Source: Candidatus Latescibacterota bacterium
GTDB lineage: Bacteria; Latescibacterota; UBA2968; UBA8231
Assembly (NCBI GenBank): GCA_964291625.2
Contig: OZ220089.1
Coordinates: forward strand, 2,976,001 to 3,040,000
Direction: 5' to 3'
Length of the DNA stretch: 64,000 nucleotides
Made by a program: the position numbers and the translations under genes. The first letter of the stretch is position 1, and the number at the start of each line of letters is the position of its first letter. Positions 1 through 10,553 of the stretch are shown in pieces. The notes under the pieces are model-generated. The model was not told where the DNA came from and searched no databases. It worked only from the letters and a program-made list of their open reading frames with translations.

Positions 1-746
1 TCCATCCAGCGCGTGAGGATCCGCAGCTCCTCGAGATATTCCTGCCGCTCCCCGCCGGACGGATCCTCGCCGGCCATCCCGGCGGGTCCCGCTCCCAGGG
101 TGAAGAAGACGGGGACTCCCAGGGCGGTGGCCGCCTCCCAGAAGGGCCGGAAGGGCCCGTCGTCCCAGGCCTCCTGGTTTCCCAGGTAGGCGTGGGGCGG
201 GCAGAACTTCACGGCGTGCAGGCCCAGCTCGCCGATCGCCCGCTGCAGCTCGCCGATGACGGCGTCGGTCTCCGGGAGGATGCGCCACTCGTCCACCGGC
301 GCCATGGAGCGCAGGCGGTCGGGGAAGCGCTCCACGCAGGCGGCCTGGAAGCCGCTGTCACGGCCCAGGATCGGGTCGACGTGCAGCAGCGCCATGTCGA
401 CGCCGGCGTAGTCCATCTCGCAGGTCAGGCTGAAGTGGGTGTAGTCCAGCTCCCCCATGTCCGGCGGATAGAAGTGCTTGGTGTACTCCTCGCCCTCGTG
501 GTTCCACACCACCCGCCCCCGGGCCGAGTTGATGCGGAAGTCGACATCCGGCGCGGCGTCGGGGTCCCAGCGGCCCGAGGGATTGAGCGGCGCCGACGGT
601 CCCGGCGAGCGGTCGCGGATGCGGATCGCCGGCTGGTGGTGGGCGGCGTGGGCCAGCTGCAGCCACCTCATGTGGTCCTCGCCGCTGGCGTGGCCGGCGG
701 GGCTGGTGGCCGGCTCGAAGCAGTAGACGTGGGAATCGATGATCAT
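1..746 (-). CDS. Amidohydrolase family protein (runs off the window edge)
   Basis: Minus-strand frame starts ATG at 746: MIIDSHVYCFEP..., a typical amidohydrolase N-terminal D-x-H motif. Host-like codon usage. Absent from the ORF track because it has no stop in the window. Confidence 0.75.
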   Translation of the reverse strand, partial: MIIDSHVYCFEPATSPAGHASGEDHMRWLQLAHAAHHQPAIRIRDRSPGPSAPLNPSGRWDPDAAPDVDFRINSARGRVVWNHEGEEYTKHFYPPDMGELDYTHFSLTCEMDYAGVDMALLHVDPILGRDSGFQAACVERFPDRLRSMAPVDEWRILPETDAVIGELQRAIGELGLHAVKFCPPHAYLGNQEAWDDGPFRPFWEAATALGVPVFFTLGAGPAGMAGEDPSGGERQEYLEELRILTRWM

Positions 747-938
747 CGCGCCTCTCTCGTCTGACGGTGGGTGGTCGAAGGTAGTGAAGACGGCCGGATC
801 GGGCCGCAGCACCGCGCCGCGGGCCCCCGAGAGCCAGGCTTCCTGCGGCAAGGGAGCCGGCCTATACTTGCCGCCCCGTTCCGGCGGCCGGGCCCCCGGC
901 CGCCGGCGCAAGTCCACGAATCCGAAGGAGATGCGCCC

Positions 939-2972
939 ATGGCATCCACACCGGCCATCGTCGCCACCGACATCGTCCCCCCGCCCGAGTGGGCCCTGCT
1001 GCAGCGCCGCCTCTTCAGCATCCTCGAGACCGCCGGCGACGCCGCCACCGAGGGCTACGCCCGCTCCGACGGCCGGGTCTACCACTTCTTCGACGTCGAC
1101 GACGCCTACGAGAGCCGCTCCATGCGCGCCATGCTCTACGCCCTGGGCGGCCACGAGCGCTTCCTGCACATCGCCAAGCGCGAGTGGGACGCCATCACCT
1201 GGCTCTACAGCGAGGAGCGCAAGCTCACCGACGACGAGCCGATGCACCCCATGTACATGCCCCAGCTGCGCAACGAGTACTGGAACCTCAACGTGCCCTT
1301 CAACGCCGACTGGTTCCACATGGGCGAGGGCAACCAGATGCTCTACGACTTCGGCGTCGCCGACCCGACGAACCCCTCCAACCGCGAGCGGGCCCGCAAG
1401 TTCGCGGCCATGTACATCGGCGAGGACCCGGCGGCCCCCAACTTCGACCCCGACCACGGGATCTTCCGCTCGCCCCTCCACGGCGGCGCCGGCCCCATGA
1501 CCTCCGTGCGCCAGCACAAGGAGATCGTCCACCGGGAGGGAGGCATCTCCAACTACGTCCACCTCGTGCGCCACTGGCTCGACCGCGGCTCCATCGGCGA
1601 CTTCGGGCACCGCAACGTGATCCTGGACAACCCCAGCCCCGGGCCGCTGACCCCCCACTTCCTCTACCCGAAGATCAAGGAGCTGGAGTCGCGGTGGTAC
1701 GAGGACGAGGCCCGCCGCGAGGAGATCCTCGACCTCTTCGACAAGATGGCCCTCCAGGGCGACGAGCCGGCCGGCCTCTGCGCCACCGCCCTGGTGACCA
1801 ACGCCTACCTCTACACGGGCGACGAGAAGTACAAGGGGTGGGTCCTCGACTACGTCGGCGGCTGGATCGAGCGCATCGAGAAGAACGGCGGCGTCATCCC
1901 CGACAACGTCGGTCCCACCGGCCAAGTCGGCGAGCACCGCGACGGCCAGTGGTGGGGCGGGCTGCACGGCTGGAGCTCCAGCGAGAGCGCCGCCGACCGG
2001 CTCTTCCTCGGTCTCATCGTGGGGGCCCAGTGCGCCCACCTGCTCAGCGGCGGCGACGACGGCTACCTGGAGGTCCTGCGCTCGCAAGTCGTCGCCCTCC
2101 TCGACCGGGGCCGCATGGAGGACGGCCGCCTGGTGGTGCCCAAGAGCCACGGCCCCGAGGGCTGGTTCGGGTACGACGAGTTCACCATCCGCGGCGGACC
2201 CGCCCACCTGGTCAACCTGTGGCACGAGTCGATGTCACAGGGCGACTACGAGCTGGTCACCCGGGTGCGCGACGGCGGCGGCACCGACTGGAACGAGCTG
2301 CCCGCCATCGGCGACCGGGGCGGCGCCCGCACCGAGTTCGCCCGCTTCCAGTACTACGACGGCCGGAACCCGGGCTGGCCGGTGCAGTGCCTGCGGTCCG
2401 ACTACCAGCAGGCCGCCGCCTTCCTCGAGGGCATGAACCGCGACGACCGCAAAGTGCAGGAGATCATCGACGACAACGCCTGGCCGCCGAACCCGGTGAT
2501 CGTCAAGGGCCTCGTGCAGACCACCATGGGCTGCCCGGGCCAGCTCTACAACGGCGGCATCCTGCGCGCCACGGTGCGCTACTTCGACGCCGACGCCTCC
2601 CGTCCCGGTCTGCCGCCGGACGTGGCCGCCCTCGTGGACGAGCTCTCCGCCGACGGCTGCGGGATCCAGCTGGTGAACACCAGCCACGGCGAGAGCCGCA
2701 ACCTCATCGTCCAGTCCGGGGCCTTCGGCGAGCACTCCTTCACGCAGGTGGGGTTCACGGGGACGGCCATCGACAGCGACGACCCCAACCCCAACACCCG
2801 CGTGCGCGCCGAGAGGACGGCCACCGAGGGCCGCGTCCAGGTCGACGGCCGGCACTTCACCGTGGCCCTGCCGCCCATGACCTCGGTGCGCCTGACCTGC
2901 GGTCTGAAGCGGTTCGCCAACGATCCTACCTACGCCTTCCCCTGGCACGGGGGGACGGTTCCCGTCGAGTAG
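939..2972 (+). CDS. Conserved hypothetical protein (about 677 aa), possibly an alpha-helical barrel enzyme
   Basis: Long ORF with strong GC3 bias. AAGGAG RBS upstream of ATG 939 (MASTPAIV). Motifs DDAYES, DWFHMGEG, WWGGLHGW. Function not recognised. Confidence 0.8.
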   Translation: MASTPAIVATDIVPPPEWALLQRRLFSILETAGDAATEGYARSDGRVYHFFDVDDAYESRSMRAMLYALGGHERFLHIAKREWDAITWLYSEERKLTDDEPMHPMYMPQLRNEYWNLNVPFNADWFHMGEGNQMLYDFGVADPTNPSNRERARKFAAMYIGEDPAAPNFDPDHGIFRSPLHGGAGPMTSVRQHKEIVHREGGISNYVHLVRHWLDRGSIGDFGHRNVILDNPSPGPLTPHFLYPKIKELESRWYEDEARREEILDLFDKMALQGDEPAGLCATALVTNAYLYTGDEKYKGWVLDYVGGWIERIEKNGGVIPDNVGPTGQVGEHRDGQWWGGLHGWSSSESAADRLFLGLIVGAQCAHLLSGGDDGYLEVLRSQVVALLDRGRMEDGRLVVPKSHGPEGWFGYDEFTIRGGPAHLVNLWHESMSQGDYELVTRVRDGGGTDWNELPAIGDRGGARTEFARFQYYDGRNPGWPVQCLRSDYQQAAAFLEGMNRDDRKVQEIIDDNAWPPNPVIVKGLVQTTMGCPGQLYNGGILRATVRYFDADASRPGLPPDVAALVDELSADGCGIQLVNTSHGESRNLIVQSGAFGEHSFTQVGFTGTAIDSDDPNPNTRVRAERTATEGRVQVDGRHFTVALPPMTSVRLTCGLKRFANDPTYAFPWHGGTVPVE

Positions 2973-2988
2973 CGGCGAAGCTCCGCGG

Positions 2989-5120
2989 TTACTTCAGCCG
3001 GATCGCCCGGATGCGGTTGTTGAAGTAGTCGCTGACCAGCAGGATCTCGTCGCCGTACAGGCAGATGCCGCAGGGCTCGTTGAAGAGCGCCTGTCTGGCC
3101 GGCCCGCCGTCTCCCTCGAAGCCCTGGTCCTCCCCGCCGGCGATCACCTCCAGGGCGTTCCCCGGGGCGCAGCGGAGGAGGCGGTTGTTCATGGAGTCGC
3201 ACACGTACAGGACCCCGCCGGCGGTGACGGCGATGCCGTTGGGGGTGTTCAGCCGGGCCTCCTCGGGCGGGTGCCTTCGGGGGAGCAGCCGGGTTCGCCG
3301 GTGCCGGCGATGGTGGTGATGGTCCCGCCCGCATCCACCCTGCGGACGGCGTGGTTGGAGCTGTCCGCCAGGTACATGCGGCCGCCGCCGTCGAAGCGGA
3401 TGGCGTTCACCGAGCCGATGCGGGCGGCGGTGGCGGGCCCCCCGTCCCCGGAGTACCCGGGCTCTCCCATGCCGGCGACGGTGGTGATGATGCCGGTCTC
3501 CGCGTCGATGCGGCGCACCCGGCCGATGGTGCCGTCGGCGAGGAAGATGGCGCCGCCCGGACCGTGGGCCACGGCGCTCACCGACAGCATGCAGGCGCTG
3601 GCCGCGGGTCCGCCGTCCCCCTTGTCCCACTGCAGGCCGGTGCCGGCGATGGTCTGGATGATCCCGCTCTCCTCGACGCGGCGGACGTAGCCGTGACGGG
3701 TGTCGGCGATGACCGCGCGTCCCCGGGCGTCGACCGAGACGTCGCGGGGATTGCTCAGGTAGGCGTCGGGACCGGGTCCGCCGTCGCCGCCGCAGGCCCG
3801 GGCGCCGTTGCCGGCGACGGTGCGGATGAGGCCGGCCGCCGGGTCGATCGCCCGGACCCGCTGGTTGAAGGTGTCGGCGAAGTAGATCTGGCCGTCCGGT
3901 CCCGCGGCGATTCCCGAAGGGGCCGCCAGGAAGCCCTGCCGCGCCGGCTCGCCGTCGTGGATGCTGGTGCCGCCCAGAACCGTGGTCACGATACCCGTCT
4001 CCCCGTCGTAGCGGCGCATCCGTCCGGAGCAGTCGCACCAGAACACGGTCCCGTCCGGGTCGGCGAGGATGCCGGCCTCCACCGAGTTGCAGACCGCCTC
4101 GGAGCCGTGCACCCCCTCGTCACCCCAGCCGGGGACGCCGGTGCCCACCAGCGTCGTCACGATGCCGGTGGCGGCGTCGACCCGGCGGACGCGGTAGCCG
4201 TACTTCTCGCCGACGAAGAGGTTGTCGTGGGCGTCCAGGCAGATGGCGTCCGGCATCAGCGTGCTGGCCTCGGTGGCGGGCCCGCCGTCGCCGTTGGAGG
4301 CGGGCATGCCGTTGCCGAGGACGGTGGTGATGATGCCGGACGCCATGTCGATCTTGCGGATGCGGTGGTTCGAGTTGTCGCAGACGTAGAGATCGCCCCT
4401 GGAGTCGAAGGCGAGGTGCTCGGGGTGGTAGAAGGAGGCGTCCGCGGCGGGGCCGCCGTCGCCGTGGTAGCCGCCCCAGTTGAGGCCGCCCCAGTCTTCC
4501 AGTCCCTTGCCCAGGTAGGGCCGGCTCCTTCCTTTCTCCGACGGATAGTGACGGGCGTCGTGACCGGCGAAGAGCTCGATGGTGCCGGTCCTCGCGTCCA
4601 CCTTCCGGATCGTGTTCTGCCACTCGCTGGACAGGTAGAGGTTGTCCGCCCCATCGACGGCGATGCCGCAGTGGACATCGAGCTCCGCCTCGAGGGCGGG
4701 GCCGCCGTCGCCGCCGCGGCCGGCCCGGCCGGAGCCGGCCACCCGGGTGATGATGCCGGTCTCCGCGTCGATCCGGCGGATCGTGCGGTTCGCCAGGTCG
4801 GCGGTGTAGATGTGGCCGCGGCGGTCCAGGGTCAGGCTGTGGGGCCCGCGGAGCCGCGCCTCCAGCGCCGGCCCGCCGTCGCCGCGGTTCCCCGGGACGC
4901 CGTCGCCGGCGAAGGCGTGCAGGATCCCCTCCCCGTCGATGCGCCAGAGGCGGTTGGCGTGCCAGTCGGCGACGATCAGATCGCCGTCGGCGCGGCGGAC
5001 GACGCCGATGGGCCAGCCCACGTGGGCCTCTCTGGCCGGCACGCCGGTCTCGTGGGGCGCCCCCGCGATGGTGGTGACGTGGCCGGCGGGCAACTCTGCA
5101 AAGAGCGAATTCAGGTTCAC
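2989..5120 (-). CDS. NHL-repeat beta-propeller protein, with one frameshift near 3270
   Basis: Many GDGGPA...A.L..P.GIA.D..G.LY.AD..N.RIR.ID repeats. GTG 5120 follows an AAGGAAGG RBS. The frame stops at 3249, but the final NHL repeats continue in another frame to 2989. Confidence 0.85.
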
Positions 5121-5200
5121 GACGCGCCTTCCTTGAACGGGTCGGGGATAAAGAAGGCGCCCCGCTTGAACGCGGCCATCATCGAGGCCCCGCAAGCTCA

Positions 5201-7963
5201 GTGACCTCTGCCGGAACTCCACATCGCAGTCCCGGAGGGCTGACCCCCTGGGTCGTCCCGTGCCTGTTCTTCCTCTCGGGGGCCTGCGGCCTCGTCTACC
5301 AGGTCGTCTGGGCGCGCATGCTCGTCGTCGTCTTCGGGGCCACCATGCTCGCCGTGAGCACGGTGCTGAGCGCCTTCATGGCGGGCCTCGCCCTCGGCAG
5401 CTTCCTCTGCGGACGGTACGTCGACCGCCGCGGAGACGGCGGGGGTCTCGGGCGGCCGTTGCGCATCTTCGCCCTCCTGGAGGCCGGCGTCGGCCTCTAC
5501 GCCCTGGTCTTTCCGGCCCTGGCCGCCGGGATCGGCTCCTCGGCGGCCCTTCTGCAGGCCCTCGGACCCGACGGCGGCGCCCTCGCCCCGGTCCTGCGCT
5601 TCGTCATCACCTTCCTGCTGCTGCTGGTGCCGACGACGCTGATGGGCGCCACCCTGCCGGTGCTGTCGAAGTTCGTCGTGCGCCGGCTGGCGGGCGCGGG
5701 CCCGGGGGTGGGCCTGCTCTACGGGATCAACACCCTGGGCGCCGTGGCCGGCGTCGTCCTGGTCACCTTCTTCCTGATGGAGGCCCTCGGGCTGAAGGGC
5801 AGCACCTGGGTGGTGGCCGCCGCCAACTTCACCGTCGCCGGCCTCGCCCTTGTGGTCGACCGGCGGCTGGCCGCCCCCGCGGCGGAGGACCCGGCCCCCG
5901 ACACCCCGACCGAACCCGCCGGGGCCCCGGGGATCTCTCCCCCCGCGCCGCCCCCCGAAGGCGCCCCCGCGCCGGCGCCCGACACCGGCCTCGAACCGCC
6001 CCGCGGCCGGGGCTCTTCCCCCTCGACGCCGGCCTCGGAGCCGGTCCCCGCGTACCTCGTCGCCGCCGTCATCGCCGCCTTCGGCCTCTCGGGCTTCGCC
6101 GCCCTCGGCTACGAGGTCGCCTGGCTGCGGCTCTTCATCGTCTCCTTCGGCGTCAACACCCACTACGAGTTCAGCATCATCCTCATCGCCTTCCTCCTCG
6201 GAATCTCCCTCGGCAGCCTCGCCTGCAGCCGCTACCTGCGGGCGGAGAGGGACCTGCCCGCCCTCTTCGGGACGATGGAGGTCCTCATCGGCGTGGCGGG
6301 CCTCTGCTCGGTCTCCCTCTTCGCGTGGTGGCCGGAGTGGAGCGGCTGGATGCAGCGGGCCGACACCTGGTGGAGCCACCGCCTGGGGATCTTCGCCGTC
6401 TCCTTCGCCATCATGCTGGTGCCCACCCTGCTCATGGGCGCCCTCTTCCCGGTGGTGAGCCGCATCAACACCCCCCGCCTCGGGCGGCTCGGCCGCGGCG
6501 TCGGCGACGCCTACGCGGTCAACAGCCTCGGCGCCATCGCCGGCGCCGCCGCCACCGGCTTCGCCCTCGTGCCCGCCTTCGGCACCGAGGGGGCCTTCAA
6601 GCTCCTGGGACTCGTCAACGTCGCCGCCGGCCTCGTGGTCCTGGGGCTGCACCAGCGTCACCGGCCCCTGCGGCGCAACAAGGCCGTGGCCGCCGGCGCC
6701 CTGGTCCTCTCCATCGCCGCCCTGGTCCTGGCGCCGGAGGACGTCCTGCGGCGGATCGTGGAACCCCGCAAGCCGGGGGCCGAGCTGGTGTTCTACCGCG
6801 AGGGCCGCGAGGGGGTGGTCACGGTGGCGGCCGAGCCCGGGTACCGGGAGATGAGGTTCAACCGGGGCAGCCAGGTGCCCACCGACTACGGCTCCTTCCA
6901 GGTCTTCCGGCTCCTGGGCCATCTGCCCCTGCTGCTGCACGAGGACCCGCGGGAGGTCCTCGTCATCGCTCTCGGCGGCGGCATCGCCCTGGGGGCCGTG
7001 GCCCAGCACGACCTGGCCCGCGTCGACTGCGTCGAGATGGTCCCCGACATGGTGGCCGCCGCCCGTCAGGAGTACGGCCCCTTCAACCACCGCGTCCTCG
7101 CAAGTCTGGAGGAGCGCCCCATCCACATCACCTTCGACGACGGCCGCAACCACCTGCTGGCCTCGGGGCGTCGGTACGCCGTGATCACCGGCGACGCCAC
7201 CCATCCCACCAGCACCGACAGCTGGATCCTCTACACCCGCGACTTCTACGAGCTGTGCCGGTCGCGTCTGAAGGAGGGCGGCATCTTCGTGCAGTGGCTG
7301 CCCTTCCACGGCCTGCAGGTGGACGACTTCAAGACCGTGCTGCGCACCTTCGGGAGCGTCTTCGAGCACGCCACCCTGTGGCGCACCAACCACTACTCCG
7401 TCATGGTGGGCACCGCGGGGCCCCTGCGCGTCGACCTGGAGGAGCTGGAGGCGAAGTACGACCGCCGCGCCGTGAGGGAGAGCCTCGAGGAGGCGGACCT
7501 GGGGAGCCCCCTCGACGTGCTCAGCTGCTTTCTCCTCGACGAGGACTCCTTCGCCGCCTACGTGGGGGAGGGCCCCGTCAACAGCGACGACCACCCGCAC
7601 CTCAGCTTCGCCAGCCGGCGTGGCTACGGCGCCGACGTGTGGAGGGTCCTGGCCGACCTCGACCGCCACCTGGAGGAGCACCCCCCGGCGCTGGGACCCT
7701 GGCTGGAATACCCGGACGAGGCGGCGCGCCTGGAGATGGAGGCGCTTCTGCAGATCTGGTTCGCGGGCAAGCGCCACGTGCTCAAGGGGGATATCCTGCG
7801 CCTGAGAAAGGACTGGTCCGGGGCCGTGGCCGCTTACGCACAGGCCCTCGAGGCGAACCCCCGCGAGCTGACGGCCCGCCACTTCCGGGAGGAGCTGGAG
7901 GGTCCCTTCCGCGAGCGCCGCCGCCTCCTGGAGCACTTGCCGCAGGTGGGAGGCCACCACTGA
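5201..7963 (+). CDS. Fused multi-TM / spermidine-synthase-like methyltransferase-fold protein with a C-terminal TPR-like helix pair
   Basis: FFLSGACGLVYQVVW and LLYGINTLGA TM motifs occur twice. SAM-fold VLVIALGGG...DCVE...DDGRNHL...VITGDATHP. Pro-rich linker at about 5870-6050. Confidence 0.85.
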   Translation: MTSAGTPHRSPGGLTPWVVPCLFFLSGACGLVYQVVWARMLVVVFGATMLAVSTVLSAFMAGLALGSFLCGRYVDRRGDGGGLGRPLRIFALLEAGVGLYALVFPALAAGIGSSAALLQALGPDGGALAPVLRFVITFLLLLVPTTLMGATLPVLSKFVVRRLAGAGPGVGLLYGINTLGAVAGVVLVTFFLMEALGLKGSTWVVAAANFTVAGLALVVDRRLAAPAAEDPAPDTPTEPAGAPGISPPAPPPEGAPAPAPDTGLEPPRGRGSSPSTPASEPVPAYLVAAVIAAFGLSGFAALGYEVAWLRLFIVSFGVNTHYEFSIILIAFLLGISLGSLACSRYLRAERDLPALFGTMEVLIGVAGLCSVSLFAWWPEWSGWMQRADTWWSHRLGIFAVSFAIMLVPTLLMGALFPVVSRINTPRLGRLGRGVGDAYAVNSLGAIAGAAATGFALVPAFGTEGAFKLLGLVNVAAGLVVLGLHQRHRPLRRNKAVAAGALVLSIAALVLAPEDVLRRIVEPRKPGAELVFYREGREGVVTVAAEPGYREMRFNRGSQVPTDYGSFQVFRLLGHLPLLLHEDPREVLVIALGGGIALGAVAQHDLARVDCVEMVPDMVAAARQEYGPFNHRVLASLEERPIHITFDDGRNHLLASGRRYAVITGDATHPTSTDSWILYTRDFYELCRSRLKEGGIFVQWLPFHGLQVDDFKTVLRTFGSVFEHATLWRTNHYSVMVGTAGPLRVDLEELEAKYDRRAVRESLEEADLGSPLDVLSCFLLDEDSFAAYVGEGPVNSDDHPHLSFASRRGYGADVWRVLADLDRHLEEHPPALGPWLEYPDEAARLEMEALLQIWFAGKRHVLKGDILRLRKDWSGAVAAYAQALEANPRELTARHFREELEGPFRERRRLLEHLPQVGGHH

Positions 7964-8009
7964 GCGGTTGCCCCGGCGGCGGGTCCCGTGCGATGATTGG
8001 ACCCTTCCG

Positions 8010-9143
8010 ATGAAGATCACCGCCTCAGGCTATGTCCACGACGGGCGCGAGGGGCCGCCACACCGCCGCTCCTGCGCCTTCACCACGGCCTGCCTCGCCC
8101 GGGACGGCACCCTCTACGTCACCGGCCGCTGGGGCAGCCGCCGCGAGTCCCTCGACGGCCATCCCTGCATCTTCGCCAGCCGCGACCTCGGCGAGACCTG
8201 GGAGATGCGCCACGACGGCCACGGCCGCTGGGACTGGGACGGCGGTCCCGGGGAGAACAAGTGCCTGGCCCTCACCGAGCTGGCCCCGGGCGAGTTCGTC
8301 TCCACCTCCCTGCTGGTGGACCGCTCGCGGCCTGAGCTGCCCTTCGTCAACCCCCGGACCCAGGGGCTGCTGCCGATGCGCGTCGTGCACGCCACCTCCA
8401 CCGACGGGGGGCGCACCTGGAGCCCGCCGCAGACCATGGCGACGAGTCCCCATCCGGGAGCGTCGACCTGCACCCACGCGGTGATGGCCTTTCCCGACGG
8501 GGTCCTGGCGCAGCCTTACGAGCACTGGAAGGAGTACGACGACCCCACTCCCGGGAAGCCCGGCGCCCTGCTGCGGTTCTCCTTCGACGGCGGCGCCACC
8601 TGGCCCGAGTTCGCCACCGTGGCCCGCCACCCGGAGCACCGCATGGCCTACTGGGACCAGCGGCTGGAGACGCACCCGGAGAGCGGCCGCCTGGTGGCCA
8701 TGTTCTGGACCCACGACTTCGACGCCGGCCGGGACGTGGACTCCCACATCGCCTGGGGATCGGCGGACGGCCGCCAGTGGTCGGAGCCGCGCTCCACGGG
8801 CCTGCCCGGCCAGCACAGCCAGCCCCTCTCCCTCGGCGGCGACCGCCTGGTGGTGGCGTACCCGAGGCGGCAGGACCCGCCCGGCATCGTCCTCTCTATC
8901 AGCGAGGACTTCGGCCAGAGCTGGGACCGGTCGCGCGACCTGGTGGTCTACGACAGCACCGAGGGCACGGAGGCGGGGGTGGGCCTCCGGCGCTCCGACG
9001 CCGACCTGTGGAGCGACATGGAGAGCTGGAGATTCGGCCATCCCCGCGCGGCCCTGCTGCCCAACGGGGAGGTCTTCGTCGTCTGGTACGCGGGCGACCA
9101 CGAGGTCGCGAGCGCCCGCTGGGCCAGGGTTTCGGTGGAGTAG
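8010..9143 (+). CDS. Sialidase/BNR (Asp-box) family protein
   Basis: Asp boxes SRDLGETW, STDGGRTW, SFDGGATW, SADGRQW, SEDFGQSW. C-terminal FGHP motif. Confidence 0.8.
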   Translation: MKITASGYVHDGREGPPHRRSCAFTTACLARDGTLYVTGRWGSRRESLDGHPCIFASRDLGETWEMRHDGHGRWDWDGGPGENKCLALTELAPGEFVSTSLLVDRSRPELPFVNPRTQGLLPMRVVHATSTDGGRTWSPPQTMATSPHPGASTCTHAVMAFPDGVLAQPYEHWKEYDDPTPGKPGALLRFSFDGGATWPEFATVARHPEHRMAYWDQRLETHPESGRLVAMFWTHDFDAGRDVDSHIAWGSADGRQWSEPRSTGLPGQHSQPLSLGGDRLVVAYPRRQDPPGIVLSISEDFGQSWDRSRDLVVYDSTEGTEAGVGLRRSDADLWSDMESWRFGHPRAALLPNGEVFVVWYAGDHEVASARWARVSVE

Positions 9144-9149
9144 CACAAG

Positions 9150-9821
9150 ATGATGAACGACTACGACCTGCGGCTGGTGGAGGACGAGCTGGCCCCCGGC
9201 GCCCGGATCGCCGTGCCGGCGCTGGCCGGCTTCCGTGTCACCTACGTAGCCCATGGCGGCGCGGGGGTGACGCCCGCGGGCGGCGCCGGGCAGGAGGAAC
9301 TGGAAGAGAACTCGGCCCGCTTCGGCGCCGAGGCCTGCGCCGTGAAGGCCGGCGCCGGCGGCGCCACCCTGTGGCGCTGGGAGATGGTGCGCGGCGAGGG
9401 CGGCTGGCGCGCCGAGGGCGAGGAGGCGAGCTGCCACCTCAAGGCGTCACACAACCTGGAGCTGGATCCCGGGCAGGCGTGGATGATGCGCTGCGACCGC
9501 GTCGACTTCCCCCCCGGCGGCATCGCCTACACCCACGTCCACTCGGGACCGGGGCTGCGGTGCCTGTTGCGGGGCGAGCTGATGGTGAGGGTGGAGGACG
9601 GCGAGGAGTGGATGGTGCGCCCCGGGGAGACCTGGTTCGAGCGCGGACCCGACCCGATCTACGCCCGCGCCTCGGAGGAGCCGACGAGCTTCGTGCGCGC
9701 CATGGTCGTTCCGCGGTCCTACAAGGGCCGGACCACCATCACCTACGTGAAGGCCGAGGACGCCGACAAGCCGAAGCCTCAGCAGTACACCCGTTTCGTG
9801 GACGAGTTCATCGACCCATGA
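9150..9821 (+). CDS. Cupin domain protein
   Basis: RVDFPPGGIAYTHVHSGPGLRCLLRGEL...PGETWFE cupin motifs. Confidence 0.75.
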   Translation: MMNDYDLRLVEDELAPGARIAVPALAGFRVTYVAHGGAGVTPAGGAGQEELEENSARFGAEACAVKAGAGGATLWRWEMVRGEGGWRAEGEEASCHLKASHNLELDPGQAWMMRCDRVDFPPGGIAYTHVHSGPGLRCLLRGELMVRVEDGEEWMVRPGETWFERGPDPIYARASEEPTSFVRAMVVPRSYKGRTTITYVKAEDADKPKPQQYTRFVDEFIDP

Positions 9822-10420
9822 CCGACCTGGTTCTGAATGGAAGAGTCAACTGGTCCGGCGAGCACTGGATCAGCTACCTGCGCCCGCCGGGCGCCTCGGC
9901 CGATACCGGCATGGTCAGCCTCTACAACATGCGCTACACCGAGGCCGGCCACGGCTTCGTCGCCTTTGTCGTCATCGACGACGGCGGCGGCCCCGCCTTC
10001 AAGGGACTGTGCACGGACAACCCGGAGCTGGCCGCCTTCGTCCGCGGGCAGGTCGTCCAAAGCGCCAGCCACCCGCCCTACGACGAGGAGTTGCCGGTGA
10101 TGGAAGCCCGCTTCACCCAGGGCGGCCACGTGACCCGCGACCCCTCGTGGACGATCGCCGCCGGCGGGCGCGAGATCACCGCCCGGTGGGAGCGGATCCA
10201 TCCGGTGGTCATCGCCGCCGGCCCCTGGCCGGGCGACAGCGCCAGCAACTACGTCTGCTCCCTGCTGCACTTCGCCGACGAGTCCTCCATCACCCTGGAC
10301 GGGCGCGCCGTGGCCGGCGAGCCCTACCTGCGGGACATCTGGAGGCCCTCCATCGGCGGCGACCGCAGTTCCTGCGTCTTCGCCATCTCGGAGAGCTTGC
10401 TGACGGTGGAGCTGGAGTGA
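9818..10420 (+). CDS. Hypothetical protein, translationally coupled to the cupin gene
   Basis: ATGA overlap at 9818-9821. MTDLVLNGRVNWSGEHW... has host-like codon usage and is the 3' part of ORF 8777..10420. Confidence 0.75.
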   Translation: MTDLVLNGRVNWSGEHWISYLRPPGASADTGMVSLYNMRYTEAGHGFVAFVVIDDGGGPAFKGLCTDNPELAAFVRGQVVQSASHPPYDEELPVMEARFTQGGHVTRDPSWTIAAGGREITARWERIHPVVIAAGPWPGDSASNYVCSLLHFADESSITLDGRAVAGEPYLRDIWRPSIGGDRSSCVFAISESLLTVELE

Positions 10421-10553
10421 ACGGGGGGAGGTAGTTGACCTCACGTGCTCAAGAGACCGACCACGCCAAGTCAACTGCGAAGGACCCTACCCCAGTCAGA
10501 GGCAGCGAGCGAGCCCGATGCTCTGTGCACCACTCTTTCCGAGAGGAGTCCCC

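Noticed and set aside
5198-8020. Very long antisense or alternate-frame ORFs (e.g. 5198..8020 -, 26328..28655 +, 40463..43234 +, 58477..60669 +)
   Set aside because: These are shadow ORFs from high GC3 codon bias opposite or overlapping well-supported genes, with no family motifs.
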